Of a stretch of DNA of 64,000 bases, positions 34,587-47,564 are shown piece after piece. Location: the NCBI RefSeq assembly GCF_009914755.1, contig NC_060936.1, one strand, 5' to 3'. A program made the translations under genes and the position numbers. The stretch is from the human T2T-CHM13v2.0 reference genome, Homo sapiens. The notes beneath the pieces are model-generated. The model was not told the origin of the DNA and did not search any database. It worked only from the letters and a program-made list of their open reading frames with translations. Within the stretch, counting starts at the first letter, position 1. Every line of letters begins with the position of its first letter.

Positions 34587-35099
34587 TGATACATATTGCC
34601 AAACTGCACTCTAGAAAAGTGCTGCCAACATACACTCTCAGCAATATAAGCAGCCCTGTTTCTCTGAATCCTTGCCAGTATTATCAAGAAATAACCACTT
34701 GTTAAAATAGTGCCTGAAGACTAAATTAATGTTTAACATGTTTTGTCACTCATAAGTTGGGCTTACTATTAAACTTTTAACTGTTATAGTATTACCATTC
34801 AAAGCTTACACATATTTAAGATGAAGAAACTGAGGTCTAGTAAATTATAATTCAGACCCCTTTTAGTGTGAATTTTAGCCCTGGATATACTGCAGTGCAG
34901 TCTTTTTTTTTTAACTTGTACTAGCCTTACAGATTTCCCAGAAAAAGGTAGACATCTTCTTTATTAAGTTGGAGGTCAGGAATATCCTATTAGTTTAGTA
35001 CTGTTTTTCCTGTTTCCTAGATTGGATTTTACAAATTTTGTGTTAAGGATATCTGTTGACATTTACTCATTTATTATTTAAAAAGTCTAGCTAATCTTG

Positions 35100-36505
35100 G
35101 ATAAGAATTTTGTTGATTCATTCACTCACTAATTTAACAGCATTTATCTAATGCCTACCATGTGTGAAGGATAAAGTAGTGGAAAAAAACAGGTGTAGTT
35201 TATATTTTTGTAGGGTGAAGGGAGGTAGAAAATAAACAGTGAATAAACAAGATAATGATAAATTATAAATGCTATTAAGAAAATAGAGGGGCACGTGATT
35301 GACAGAGAATAAATGGGAACGTGAGCTATTTTAGATACGGTGGCCAGGGAAGGCCTGTCAGAGATATTTGGGTTAACCTGAAGGAAGAGAATGAGTCAGC
35401 CATATCCAAGACAGAAGACCACATCCCAGGCAGAAAAAAAATAAATAAATAAAAAATAAAAAGCAAGTGCAAAGGCCCTGAGACAGAGTATCAGGTAAGA
35501 TTAAATTCAGTTGAGAACAAGAGACTCCAAAATAGTGGCTTTAATAATATAGACATTTACGACTGCAGGGCTAGCATGGTGCTCTGATCCATAAAGTTCT
35601 CACAGACCCTGGTTTCCACCAGTTTAGTTTTGCCATCCCTAGAATGAGAGAACTTGCATGAGGCACAAATTGGCAGCTACAGTTCTAAGCCATCACATCT
35701 ATATTCCACGGTACAGGATAAAGGAAAAGCCGCATTGAAGGTGTGCACCAACTATCTTTTAAGGATGGTTTTACAAGTGTGCCACATGATATACTGCTTA
35801 CATCCCATCAGCCAGCACTATTACATGGCTACAAGGAAGGCTGCAAAATATAGTCTTTGTTCTGGGTAGCCATGTATCCATGTCTATTACTATGAAAAAA
35901 ATGGAGGAATTTTTGGGGACAACTAACAGACTCTGCTACAGACTAGAAAAAGCACAGCCCACGACAGAAAGGAGGCAGTAAGAAGGGTGAGAACAACTTC
36001 CTGTGCTGCTTCCTGGGAAGATGGAGAAGTGGGCAGGAGCCAGATTATGCAGTCTTGAAGGCTATGGTAAGGAATTCCGATTTCATTCTGTGTGCATAAG
36101 GAAGCTATTGGAGGGTTTTAAACAAGGGAGTGACATAACCTAATAACATTTTTTAAGTGATTGCTTTGGTTGGTATATAGAGAATGGTTTAAATGGGAAA
36201 ATATTCATGAGGGTACAGATAGAAAGTGATAGCAACTAGTGTGGTTATTGCTGTGGTCCAGCAACAGATGATGGTGGCTCCCAAGGGTTGTACCAGTGGA
36301 AGTGATAAGTAGCTAAATTCAGAATGTATTTGTCAGGAAGAACTGATGGTACTGTCTGATGAGTTGTATGAGTGTGAAGAATCAGAAAATTCCAAGTTTT
36401 ATGCCTGAGCAAATAAGTGAATGGTGGTACTATTTATGAAAATCAGGAATTCTAAAGGAGCAGCAGATTTAGGGAATGAACAAAGGGGATTCAAATGTTG
36501 TTTCA
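35100..36505 (-). mobile_element. L2 fragment interrupted by an MLT1-like LTR (~35490-35940)
   Basis: ATTCATTCACTCAC...GCATTTATC...GCCTACCATGTG; GGCCAGGGAAGGCCT; GGAAGCTATTGGAGGGTTTTAAACAAGGGAGTGACAT. Confidence 0.7.
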
Positions 36506-37679
36506 GACACATTAGAGAAGCCTGTCCTTTTTATCCCTTGCCATGGCAAAATTTTCAATACCATCCATATTTTTCTAAAAATGGGTGGCCTCCTTCTTCT
36601 ACAAGTTATACACAAACTCATTCTTCCCTTAATAGGGTATTTTTTTTCCCTCAACGTCTGTAATTTTTAAATAAAGTGTACAGAGAATTTAACATAATAC
36701 ATATTTTGGAAATATACAAAACATGTGCCTATTAGTAAGGACTACTTTTCAGGTAAAAGTAAGAAAATCTAGTAAGATAGTTAAAAGAAACCAAACTACC
36801 AAATGGGCAAACTTAATCAACATTACCAATAAAGATGAACTTTTTGATGCAACAGGACAATTTAAAAAATATACCATCTATTGGTAAGAACTCTTACTAT
36901 AAGAATTCTTACTATACAAGCCTTTAACAAATGCTAGCTCATTAAATACCTAGAGTACCCTCTAAGGTAGGTATTAAAAATTTTTTAACAAATTTATAAT
37001 AGATTTGGCACAAATAATAGGACAATTAAAGGCTTGTTCTTCAACCCGGCTTAAAGTGAATTCATCCTAAACAAATAGGTGTTCAGTGAGAGTCAAAGTA
37101 AGTAGTATCAAATATTGAAAGTAATAGTATCAGTGTATTTTCTCCTAACACTCCTAACCCACACATTTATTATGAAAATGTTTGTTGTTCTATCTCTTCC
37201 AGTAAAATACTCAAGGTAATAAAACTCTCATATCAGACTTACACCCTCTGGAAGTCATTCCATAGAGGTATATTCAATCTTTTAACACACCATCTTATGG
37301 TTGAAGATGTTAACATGAGAAGGAGGAGAAAGCAGGAAGAGGAAGGGACTATTTGCAGAAGACGGGGAGAAAGAAAGGAAAGACACTAGTATGTGTTGTT
37401 CCTCCTCGAATTTTCCTGAAGTGAAAAAAAAACAGTGAAGTAGAGTGTTTGATGAAATGAATAACCAAGCAAAACATTTTCTACCTACACCAGTACCACT
37501 AGGAGTTGAAATAAATTCACACAATGTCTGCTGATATGTCAAAACACCTTACCTTCAAAAACATGACAGTTACCTTTTATTTTATAGTATGCTTGTGTTT
37601 CTTCCTATTTCTTGCTTTTGACCTTCAATGATAAATGTAAACTGGATTACAGTGATTCTTTTGTAAGTAAAAGGTGACT

Positions 37680-37717
37680 TTTTAAAAGAAACAACCAATG
37701 GAAATAGAAATTTTATT
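37680..37717 (-). terminator. Polyadenylation signal of the divergent transcript
   Basis: Minus strand reads AATAAA-ATTTCTATTTC-CA-TTGGTTGTTTCTTTT: hexamer, candidate CA cleavage site and downstream GU/U-rich element. TGTA elements lie upstream. Confidence 0.6.
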
Positions 37718-38750
37718 TACTTCAAATTAACTGTACTTTACTCAAATAGAAAAGAATAATTTTCACATTATGAAGCTACACAATTCCAAAATACACATGC
37801 TGAGGCTCTTTTTAAGTCCGAATTGTCTAGTAATTACAAAAAAGTGAAGAGTTTACAGATATACAAGGAAATAAAGGCGAATTATTGCAAAGAAAACAAG
37901 TTTAATTTCACTTTGAATGACAACGATTTTTCTGGAAAGCAGATACTTCACTCCTTTAAGTTTCCACCCAAGCCACAATAATTTCAAACGGTCTTGCGGA
38001 TGACCCAGCTGGTCACTCTTGTTTATGTGGGGACTGGAGGTAATGAGAGCCAAAAAAAGTGCTATAAACCTAATTTGGCTAGAGCAAGTTCACACGACAC
38101 GACCGTGCTTTAAAAACTTGCTCTCCATTATGTACTTCCTTCCATCAGGTTGGGGAAAAAAAAATGGTGGGGATGGTGAGTAAACACACCAGTGGTTTCA
38201 TCAGAGGGGAACTCACTACTCAGGAGGTGACGGTGACGTGGTGCCGGTCCCTGAAGTACGCGCACAAGCTCCGGAGGTTGCGGGAGCTGAGGGAGGAAAC
38301 AGGGACACGATCAGATTCGCTCCAGGTGGCGGGAGTGAGGAGGGGAGGAGTGACGAGGCGGACGTGCGGGGGCGGGGGTGTCCAACACAAACACAAACAC
38401 AAACACGAACACGAACACGCTCAGCGTCCCCGGGGAGGGCGGACTGAAGCCACCTCACCATTCATCGCCCCTGGACCCCGCAGTCCCCCTCGGACTCAGG
38501 GCCAGAGCCTTCTGCGAAGCAACCTAGCCCCAGGGAAACGGTAGCGGCCGCAGAAGCCCCGCTCTCTGTAACGGCCGCGGAGGAGCAGCAAGCCTCCCTG
38601 TGAGTCGGTGGGAGACAAGACGGAGCGGCGGTAAGGGCGGTAGGGAAGTGAAGCGCCTCTCTCCACCTTGTTAGAAGCGCGCTGAAAGCGGCCTGCCTAC
38701 CCACCCCATCGCTGCCGTTTTGCAGTCGTCGCTCCCACCTTCCGCTGCCG
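37695..38750 (-). ncRNA. PRANCR: Divergent spliced lncRNA, short isoform: exon ending at 38459, intron 38458-38287, terminal exon 38286 to ~37698
   Basis: Minus-strand donor ATG|GTGAGG (38459/38458). Branch-like CTGAT plus polypyrimidine acceptor GTGTCCCTGTTTCCTCCCTCAG| (38287/38286). AATAAA at 37717-37712 followed by a GU/U-rich element. Name comes from the recalled head-to-head arrangement with CNOT2; TSS approximate. Confidence 0.6.
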
Positions 38751-38873
38751 CCTGGAGGGAAGCCGGAGCGACGGGGGTCACGGCGGCGGTCAGAGGGTAA
38801 AGGTCTTGCTCCCAGCAGCCTCCGCGGTGGATACGTCGCCATCTTGGATCCGCGGGACAAGAAAATTCATGCG
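38500..38873 (+). other. CNOT2: Non-coding first exon (5' UTR) of CNOT2; start approximate, 3' end fixed by the splice donor
   Basis: Strong donor GCG|GTGAGT at 38873/38874. GCCATCTTGGATCCGCGGGACAAGAAAATTCATGCG is recognised from memory as CNOT2 5' UTR. The TSS cannot be fixed from sequence. Confidence 0.8.
38837..38846 (+). promoter_or_regulatory. YY1-type motif CGCCATCTTG in the first exon
   Basis: Matches the YY1 consensus CGCCATNTT in the position typical of housekeeping-gene 5' UTRs. Confidence 0.6.
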
Positions 38874-41800
38874 GTGAGTTTTTGGTAAATTTTCGGAAGT
38901 CTGGCAGCGGGGCGCGCGGCGGGGGCGGCAGATTCGGGGCCCCCGCAAGGCGGGGGAATGCCCCGGGGCCGGTCCGGTCGCGCCCAGGGTCCGCCGGTAG
39001 CGTCCCGGCCCACCGCTTCCCGTTGCTTTTGTCTCGGCTCCAATCGAGAGACGGAGAGCGGAGCGGGCGGGGAGGGGGGTGGCGGCGGTGGAGGGAGGGA
39101 GGGGGTGTGTATGGGGGTGGTGGTGGACCGGACGTAAAGCGTCGCTGTACTCGGGCCGCTGCAGCAGCAGCAGCTCCAGATCCTAGGCCCGGTCCCATCC
39201 GCGAGTGGTGGGGCTTCCCCAGACTCCACTCCCCTAGGCTCCCGCCAGCGCGGAGGAGCCGCTGCCGCCGCGCTGCTTCCTGGGGGAGAAGAGAAGGCGG
39301 CAGCGGCCGTGGCCGTGGCCGACGAGCTCGAGCCCGCTTTAGACGGCTCTGCCGCCTTCCCGGCAGCTGGTGCTGTCTGTGGCTTCTTACCTTCTCTCAA
39401 TACACGTATATCATCTGCCAGTTATGTGTATTTCTGTTAGTGTGTTTGCAAGTGTCAGATGGGAGACACTGGACTGGCTAACGGGTGTCAGGATCCTGCA
39501 GGCCCTGGGATACCGAAGGCTGTGCATGGTGGAGGGAGAAGGAATGCAACTGCGATGCCGCCTCTGCCACCGCACCAGGAAGGTGAAGCTTCCGTAGTGT
39601 CGTAGACTGAGTCCGGATGATCCTGGGGCGGCGGAGGAACCACAGACGCTTCTGTCTGTGAAGTTGCAAGTCCTGGGTTTCTACTTCCGCAGGGGCCTCT
39701 CCACCTTTTGCTGTCGTAGGTCTCGCTTAAAAGTTTAACAGAAGAAAAGAGTAGGGTTAAAAGAGGCCTTTGTAGTTCTTCATTGAAGCACTGTTGTCTG
39801 TCCGGGTGAAAGCTGATAACTCTTGGTAACTGTGGTCCTTAGCAAAAGAGAATTGGAGTTTTCTTTTATACAAAGTATTTCCAAGGTTTTAGACCTTATA
39901 TTTATTCCAGGCCTGTAGGTACGGTATTACTACCACAAAAGTCTTACATTAAGGGTACCACCCTCTCAGAGGGAACCTAAACATCAACTTCCTTCGAATC
40001 CTTGGAGACATCTTCACTTTTCAACATCCGGAAGACTGAGTGCAACATATTTTGTTTCATTTTCATAAAAGTCTTGGTCAGAGAATCCCACTCCTTTTAA
40101 AATCGTTTGGGCAATTCCTCATAATTAAGTACACTGCTTTGAACCCTTAGTTCTTGGCGAAATGGTAAAAAGTACTCAGTTAAAATCAGTTCACGAGGGA
40201 GGCCAACTTGAATTTAAGGTTCAAAGTTGAACATATTTAGTGTCATGCTTAATATTAGGAATTTTTAGAGCTCGGAATCATAAGTGTGACTGTTGATTTC
40301 CCTTTTGAAGCAATATAAATGGAAAGAATAAAGTATGGGGTGAGGGATGAGATAGAAATTTTAAAGTATCCATTTACATGCAAGGTTGATGTTGAGTTTG
40401 GGAATGCTTGGCATAATTGACAACAGTTCTTTCCAAACGTCAATGAATAAATCTCACAATTTTGTAAGGTAACTATTGCAGATTGAAAGGGTTAAGAATC
40501 ATAGTTGGCTGAAATGGTTAAGTGTCTATATTCACATCCCAGTTCATTGAAATGTTTTATAATGGACCAAGATAATTAGTAAGCTCTGTATGTTGAATTT
40601 GTTTAGTTTGTAGTTCTATTATAATGTTAAATCTAAAGAAAAAAATACAAAATACACTTAAAGACAAAACATGTTCCACTCTACTCACTTATTTCTTGAC
40701 TTTGTAAGATCCTTACTGTAAAAAAGGTACTTTTCTCTCATATTTTCTGAGAGCTTGAATTGTAATAATTTTTGTGAATACTTTGTATTTTAGAGAGGAA
40801 GTGAGAAACTGCTGAAGTTTTTTTTGCATCTTGATTAGTGCTTTTTCAATACAAATAAGTTAATGTAAACATTTGTTGGCAGGAATCTTTTTCTAAGTAT
40901 ACAATGTAGAGATATCTGTAACCTAATCTGATCTCAGGGAATGAGAATTGCCTGTTTAACCAAGCAACAAATACAGCCTATACAATTTTTCAATTTCTAT
41001 AATACTTTAATTTACATGGTGGAAAAATGAGGGCAAAATGCTTGTGTATGAGTGATTTATATCCCCAAGTACCTGCTCTTGAAGATAAAACTCAGATTGT
41101 GGCTTATCTTCTGATGCTGGGCAAAAAACAAAAACAAAAAAATTCAGAATGATACAACTTCCCATATACCTCCCTACAAGAACTAATTACCTTTGTTTTT
41201 GCTTTATAACTTTGGATGTTGCACTTTTTGATTTTTCAGAGATGCTTTACAGTTATTGTAATCTGAAAATTATTTGTTCAAAAGTAAATAAAATTTTCAG
41301 GTGTATGAATAGATTTTATTAGAAGTGATTCTAACCCAGTTCTCATTTGTATTCCTTTAGTAGATACTGGTGTTAAAAGTACCTGTATTTTGAAAGACCA
41401 TTACAGAATTTTTTACAACCTGTATAAGTTATAGTTTTATCTTTTCTAGTGACAGACTTACTTCATAAGATTTTCTGATAATATGAATAAAATGTATGCT
41501 TCACATGTATATATGAAATAATGAGTAAGCATTAATAGACCAATGAAAAGAACTTAGCTTACAATTTATTTTCTTGCTCTTTAAAAGCAGTGGTAAATAA
41601 TAGCTTTTTTTTGTTGTTAAAATTTGTAACTGTAGAAAGTTCATTCTGTTGGGATCACATATTTGAAGGCAAACTAACAATGCCATGTGCTTGCTTGAAT
41701 AGGCATTTGAGGACAGGTTATTTTCCTGAGATTTCAGGAAAATATACCACCAAACATTTATGATGTTATTTGTTACCTGGATCTGTAGTGGATTTTGTAA

Positions 41801-42559
41801 CACAAAGAGGCAGAATATCCAGGGTACCAGGTAGGGCAGTTTAGGGGCAGAGTTAATATGAGGTGTACTGTAATGTTTGAGTGGAATTACATACAGTGTT
41901 AATCAAGAGATCTAGTGCTATGGTAGAACTTATTCTGCTTGATGATACAGGTGACTGTTCTTCCTTACTAAGAGCAGTTTCTACCTGTGATACTTAAAGG
42001 GATTGAATTTCACTGTGACTTATATCAGATATTTTGAAAAGAGCTGTGCTAAAGTTGATGTCATTGTAGAAAGTTTGCCTTGAAGTGGAATGAAAGTTAG
42101 GTTTTTATTTCTTTGGTTTTTCTGTTTGACATCCTTTGATTTCTATTTTAGAATTCAACTCTTATGACTAATCATGCTGATGTGGTTTGTTCATTTATTT
42201 TCTTTGTCTATACTATTAGGAATGTCCTGGAAATAGAATTTGTACTGTGTTTTCTGAGAGCTTGTTCTCTGAAATACAGATGCAAATCTGTTGGTATCTG
42301 TTGGTATATCCCTTGGGGGTGTGCTGCATTATAAAGTAATAAAACAGTTTACAATGTTTGCTTTTTGTCAAGAGCTTATGACATATAATATGGAAATACA
42401 AAAAAGTGAATTATTTAGGAAAAAATGGGAAATTTTTCCTTTTCTGGGCACTTCAGGGTTTTGTATATGCGTAGACTCAGGATCTAAGTCCACTTAGATA
42501 TATAGTTAGATATTTTGGACTATTTGCCACTTAACCCTGCACATTTTCTTTTCCTTATT

Positions 42560-42903
<344 letters not shown>

Positions 42904-45900
42904 TAGTGCATATTTTATGTATCTTTCACTTCTCTGTTGTTTGATGAACTTCTTCCATACTCCTCTTTGGTATCACTTTCTTCATAAATCTTTCCTGACT
43001 CCCCAAATCCTTTGCTGTATTGCTTTTTACTCTTCAAACTTCTATTATAGAATGTCACACTGTATTGTAATTTACTGTCCATCTGGACTGGGAGCACCTG
43101 AGAGGTATGGCCTTGACTTGTTTATGTTTATGTTTTGAATGCCTCTATAGTGCATAATACTTAATAGGTTCTCAATACGTATCTATTAAACTGAACTGTT
43201 GCTAGATTGTCATTTGACAGTGCTGTTTCACAATCCACAGATCTGAAGCAACAGATTGGAAAAGTGGTGGGGAGAATAGCTTCCTGTATTCCTTCACTTC
43301 CTTGAATCCTTTCTTACAGTTTTGCTTCTTAATTACATATGGAAAAATAGATAACTAGCTTCTTAGGGAAGTGTGTGTAAAGTTAGTATGGAATTAGGGA
43401 AGGATGTTAGTAATAGAGTGATTAATACCCTGTTTTGCTTCTGGCAGGATGTTTAGATCTGTATTTCTTGCATTTCTCGCTGTATTTTGTATGGTTATGG
43501 CTATTATGTGAAGGAGATATTTTGTATTTGTCTTTACAAGGTATCATGTTTACCAGTACTTACCCATGAGCTCATATTAGATTTGGGGCTTCTGAAGATA
43601 GATTCTGTTTTTCTCACCTTTTTCCTCCTAATGCCTGGCCCATTGGTTAGTAGAAAGCAGGATTTCTCTAGTTTGAATAAAATTGCCCTTATGGAAATAA
43701 GGTGAGATGTGTCTTATTGGAGGTCCAAAATTTAAAAAGCTCTGAAAGTTGATCATTTCTTTTGTTTTGTTTTGAATAAGCAAGGTGAGAAAATATCAAC
43801 TGGAATTATACCTGTGAATTTGATTATTATTATCTTTCTTAATCTGATTTTCCTACATTTTCATATGGAAATGTTCACGTGTTTGACTGCAGGTGTTGCC
43901 ATTGGCAGATGTTACATCATATATGATACATACAACATTTTACCTTTCTCAAATCTGAAACTGTGTTTTGAGAAACATCTGGCCTTTATAGGTTTGTTTA
44001 AGAGATTGTGAGCCAATTTTCTGCCCATTTTAGAGATGTAGAAATCAAAACAGGATAGATGACTCTCAGAATTGCATTTTAGTAGATATGCTAATATTGA
44101 TAATGATTTTAGGAATATTATGTCTTAATTGCCTGTATATGTTCCAGAGACCTTTTAGTGACTAAGAGCTGCCAAAGATACAGAGTGTATATTTTTAAAA
44201 AGGGAGTATGATCCAGTACTCAGGACACCAGTCCTTTCTCTGCCTTTTCTGAATGGAAATGTCTTTCCTTATACGTGAGTAGATGAAAATGCACATTTAG
44301 TAAGTTTTTACTAAAACTTAGTAAAAACTAATGATAAAATGAGTGAGGGAAAATTATGTATCCTGGCAATTTAGGTAACAGTGAGTAGACTTGCTTGTTT
44401 TTCAAACATATTGATATACTATTTTTCCATTTGTGTATTCAGATGTTGAAACAGCTCCAGTTTGTATTAGCATCTGGACAAAATGTAATGACTGATTATG
44501 TAATACAATGTGTTTGAGAGAGGAGCATTTGGTTTTGTGTCATATCTGGCAAGAATGTGCTTTTGTATTACTTTCTACATTGTAAATTATAATGCCTATC
44601 CTGCATACAAATTTTGTATTTAGTTTTCTGCTTGTAAGAATCTTTCATAGGTCAGTAAAATAAAATATTAAGTTTACTATGCCATTCCAAGCACCTGACT
44701 ACTTTTGGCTTTGCTACTTAATATTTTTAAAATGTTTTACAGCTTGCAGAGAGGACTTTTATATACATTATCTTAATTTTATATATATTAAAATAAGTTT
44801 AAAACTTAGCATTTATGTTTATAAACAAGCTATTTTGGTCAATAAGAAAATTAGAAGTTGGGAATTATGAAGGCCGTTTTCATCTTCAGACTGGACTCAG
44901 AGTCTAATTTCTTTCTCATTTATTTTAGCGCTACTTTATAGAGAAAATCGTGATTTATTAAATCAAATAGATGTTAATGGAAGACTTGTTTTTGTTTGCA
45001 TCTGATCATCTTGCAGATCCTGGATATTTAATCAAATTGATGCAGAAGTTTGAAAGACAAGCAGCAGTAGGAAATTTTTGTTTCAAGCTTGACTTTTCTG
45101 ACAATATCCAACAGCTGCTCATATTTTTAAAAATTAGAAACATTCACTGAGAAACGTTAAAAACTTAAAAGCAAATACTGTGTTATAATGAGAATAGGTA
45201 ATAACATATCATTGATGCTACACTTTACATATTATTGCACCATTATTCTGAGGTAATCATATGCCGAACAGATTACTGCACAAAGTAATGCTTTAGGGGT
45301 GTAGTTTTTATGGGAATGAACATGTCTGGCCTGAAATTAGAAAAAAAATTGGAGCCATAATCTTTCTAATCTATGCTTGCTTATGAGAAATTCTAGGTAT
45401 ATTTATGTCAGGCCAAACTATTTGCTACAGCAAACCGGTTAACCTGACATCTGAGATAGTCTTTAAAGTGTTTAAGTTTGGTATACAATGCACTTGTGTG
45501 TGTATATGACTCATCCTAAAATGGATGGATGTGTGTAAAAAAATTGTAATCCAATGCTTAAATGAATTTGTGAAGCACAAATAAGTGAAACACTAAGATG
45601 TTTCAGAGCATAGTTTGAAAATCCCTGTGCTCGATCACCAAAGTCACTTCCAACAGTAAAATTCTGTGTATTTTAAAAGTTCTTTTTCTATTCCCTGCAC
45701 ATGCAAAATTCATATAATTTAGCTGCTTTTTAGTAGTATTTGGATAGAAATTGTTTATTAAATTTAAAGTTGAGGCTCTGCTGGTTATATGTTAGCACTC
45801 TAGATGTTTTCAAGTAAATCCTTTAGTAATATGAGTGTTTAGTCTCTGCTTGACATTGTTATTGGATATATGACGGTGATCCAGACAAGTCTCCACCTTC

Positions 45901-47564
45901 ATTAATGTAACATTCTGGAGGAGGAGACAGACAGTAAACAAATAAATAAACATAATTTCAGGTAATGGTAACTTAGGAAAAAATAAAGGGGGATAAAGGT
46001 ACAGCAATTGATTAGAAATGGAAAAAAGATTAAGTAGGGTGATGAGAGAAGACTTCTGTGGAGGTATCAGTTGAGCAGAAAGGAGTAAGCCATGCAGAAA
46101 TGTGGTTGAATGGTTTTCCAGGCAGAAGTAATAGAAGGCCCTGAGATAGGGTCAAGTTTTGTATGTTTGAAGATAAGAAATTTCATAAACAATTACTTAG
46201 TGCTTTCTGCATAAATGGGGGTAAGCTCTAAAGGGGAGAAGAGGTGATTAAAGCATAATGATCTGTGTCTTTCACTTCAGAAAATATTGTGGTGGACCCA
46301 GTAATCTGTAATAGGTTTTACAAAGAGCAATAGGAAGGAGGGATTATTTTTTATTAAGGTGCCTTGAAATTGTTTTCTACATCAGATGAATTGCAGGGGT
46401 TGAGGGGTGGTCTGTCTGGAGTACTGGAAAATGACATAGGAAAGCAAACTGAAAACTTTCCTTAATTCATGTGTTTATGTAGAATAATAAAACCTATACT
46501 TTTCTTAGAAATTAGTAATAAGTTTCATATTTAATTAGATTTTCTTGTACAGTCCAATAAATGTTACTTTGTGCTGTGCACTATTATAGTTGCACTGCGT
46601 AATTCCTCAAGTTAAATTTTTGTCATACTGTAGAAACATCCTAGAGTAGAGTAACTTTGTTTCAGGGAGTTAATGAGTTGGCTTCAAGGAGGTGATAAGT
46701 GAGCTCTGGGTTCTGAAGGGTGATTTGTAGTTAACTAGGTGGGGGAGGGTAGGGAATCAGCATTGTAAATGCACAAATCCTAGGAAAATGTTCTAGATTT
46801 GGAGAATGGTGAGGTAATCCTCCATAGCCCTTGATGGAATTCTGGGACCTCATAGGAGAAGTTAGTTGAAGGAATGAAGTAGCCACAGTATGAGGTCTTA
46901 TCTTTTATGTGATGAGGGAACCATTAACCATTAGGAGGGGGAAAAAAAGCCAGTGAGATTGATAAGCAGATTCGTGTTTCAGGGGAAAGTTTAGATTCCA
47001 CAGTCGATTTACAATTAAAATTATAAGCTTAATGGTGTATGTTTATGACATTTTTGAAAGATTATTTTCTCTCCATTAAACAAATTGAGTACTTTGCATT
47101 CATATAAGCAGGATTTTTATTTGTTAAGAACTGTATGACTTTGAAACTCTGTAGTCTATCTTTTAGAGAACTTGTTATATATGTAAATGAATGCCAACTG
47201 TTCAAGATTTTTCCGTTACTGGGGTGGAATTTTTGTATACGTTTTGGGGCAGGCAAAGTTTGAGTATTATCATCTGATGTAATGTGTTAGGCATGAGATT
47301 TAACATTCTTGGATAAATTGAAATAATACCAAGAAAATCTAAATCAGTGATAAAATCCCTACATAGGTGCTGATATTTATGTTATGTTACTAGAAGTGCT
47401 TATTTTACAATGCTATGATATGTGTTTGTGTGTTTCTCAAAATATATAACACTTGGATATATTAGGTTGCTAGCATTATCTGTTAATTGACATGCAGAAA
47501 CAAATCCTAAATTAATGTTTTTAAAGAGAAAGAATTGCTTCTCTGAGAATGTAGTTTCAGCAAG

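Larger units (their letters stand above)
38080..39720. promoter_or_regulatory. CpG island / bidirectional promoter
   Basis: Abrupt rise in GC and CpG density against an AT-rich, CpG-depleted background. Contains a GC box (GGGGGCGGGG ~38367-38377), TGACGT/TGACG CRE-like half sites (~38228-38240, ~38350) and a YY1-type motif, with splice signals pointing outward on both strands. Confidence 0.95.

Noticed and set aside
38164-39669. Long overlapping ORFs on both strands of the CpG island (126-199 aa, including an HKHKHKHEHEH stretch)
   Set aside because: Low-complexity Arg/Gly/Pro/Ala translations are expected from stop-poor GC-rich DNA. The HK/HE run is just the hexamer repeat, and several of these ORFs cross splice sites.
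43880-45260. Candidate cassette-exon acceptors in repeat-poor intron sequence (near 43892 and 45017)
   Set aside because: No support without transcript or conservation data.
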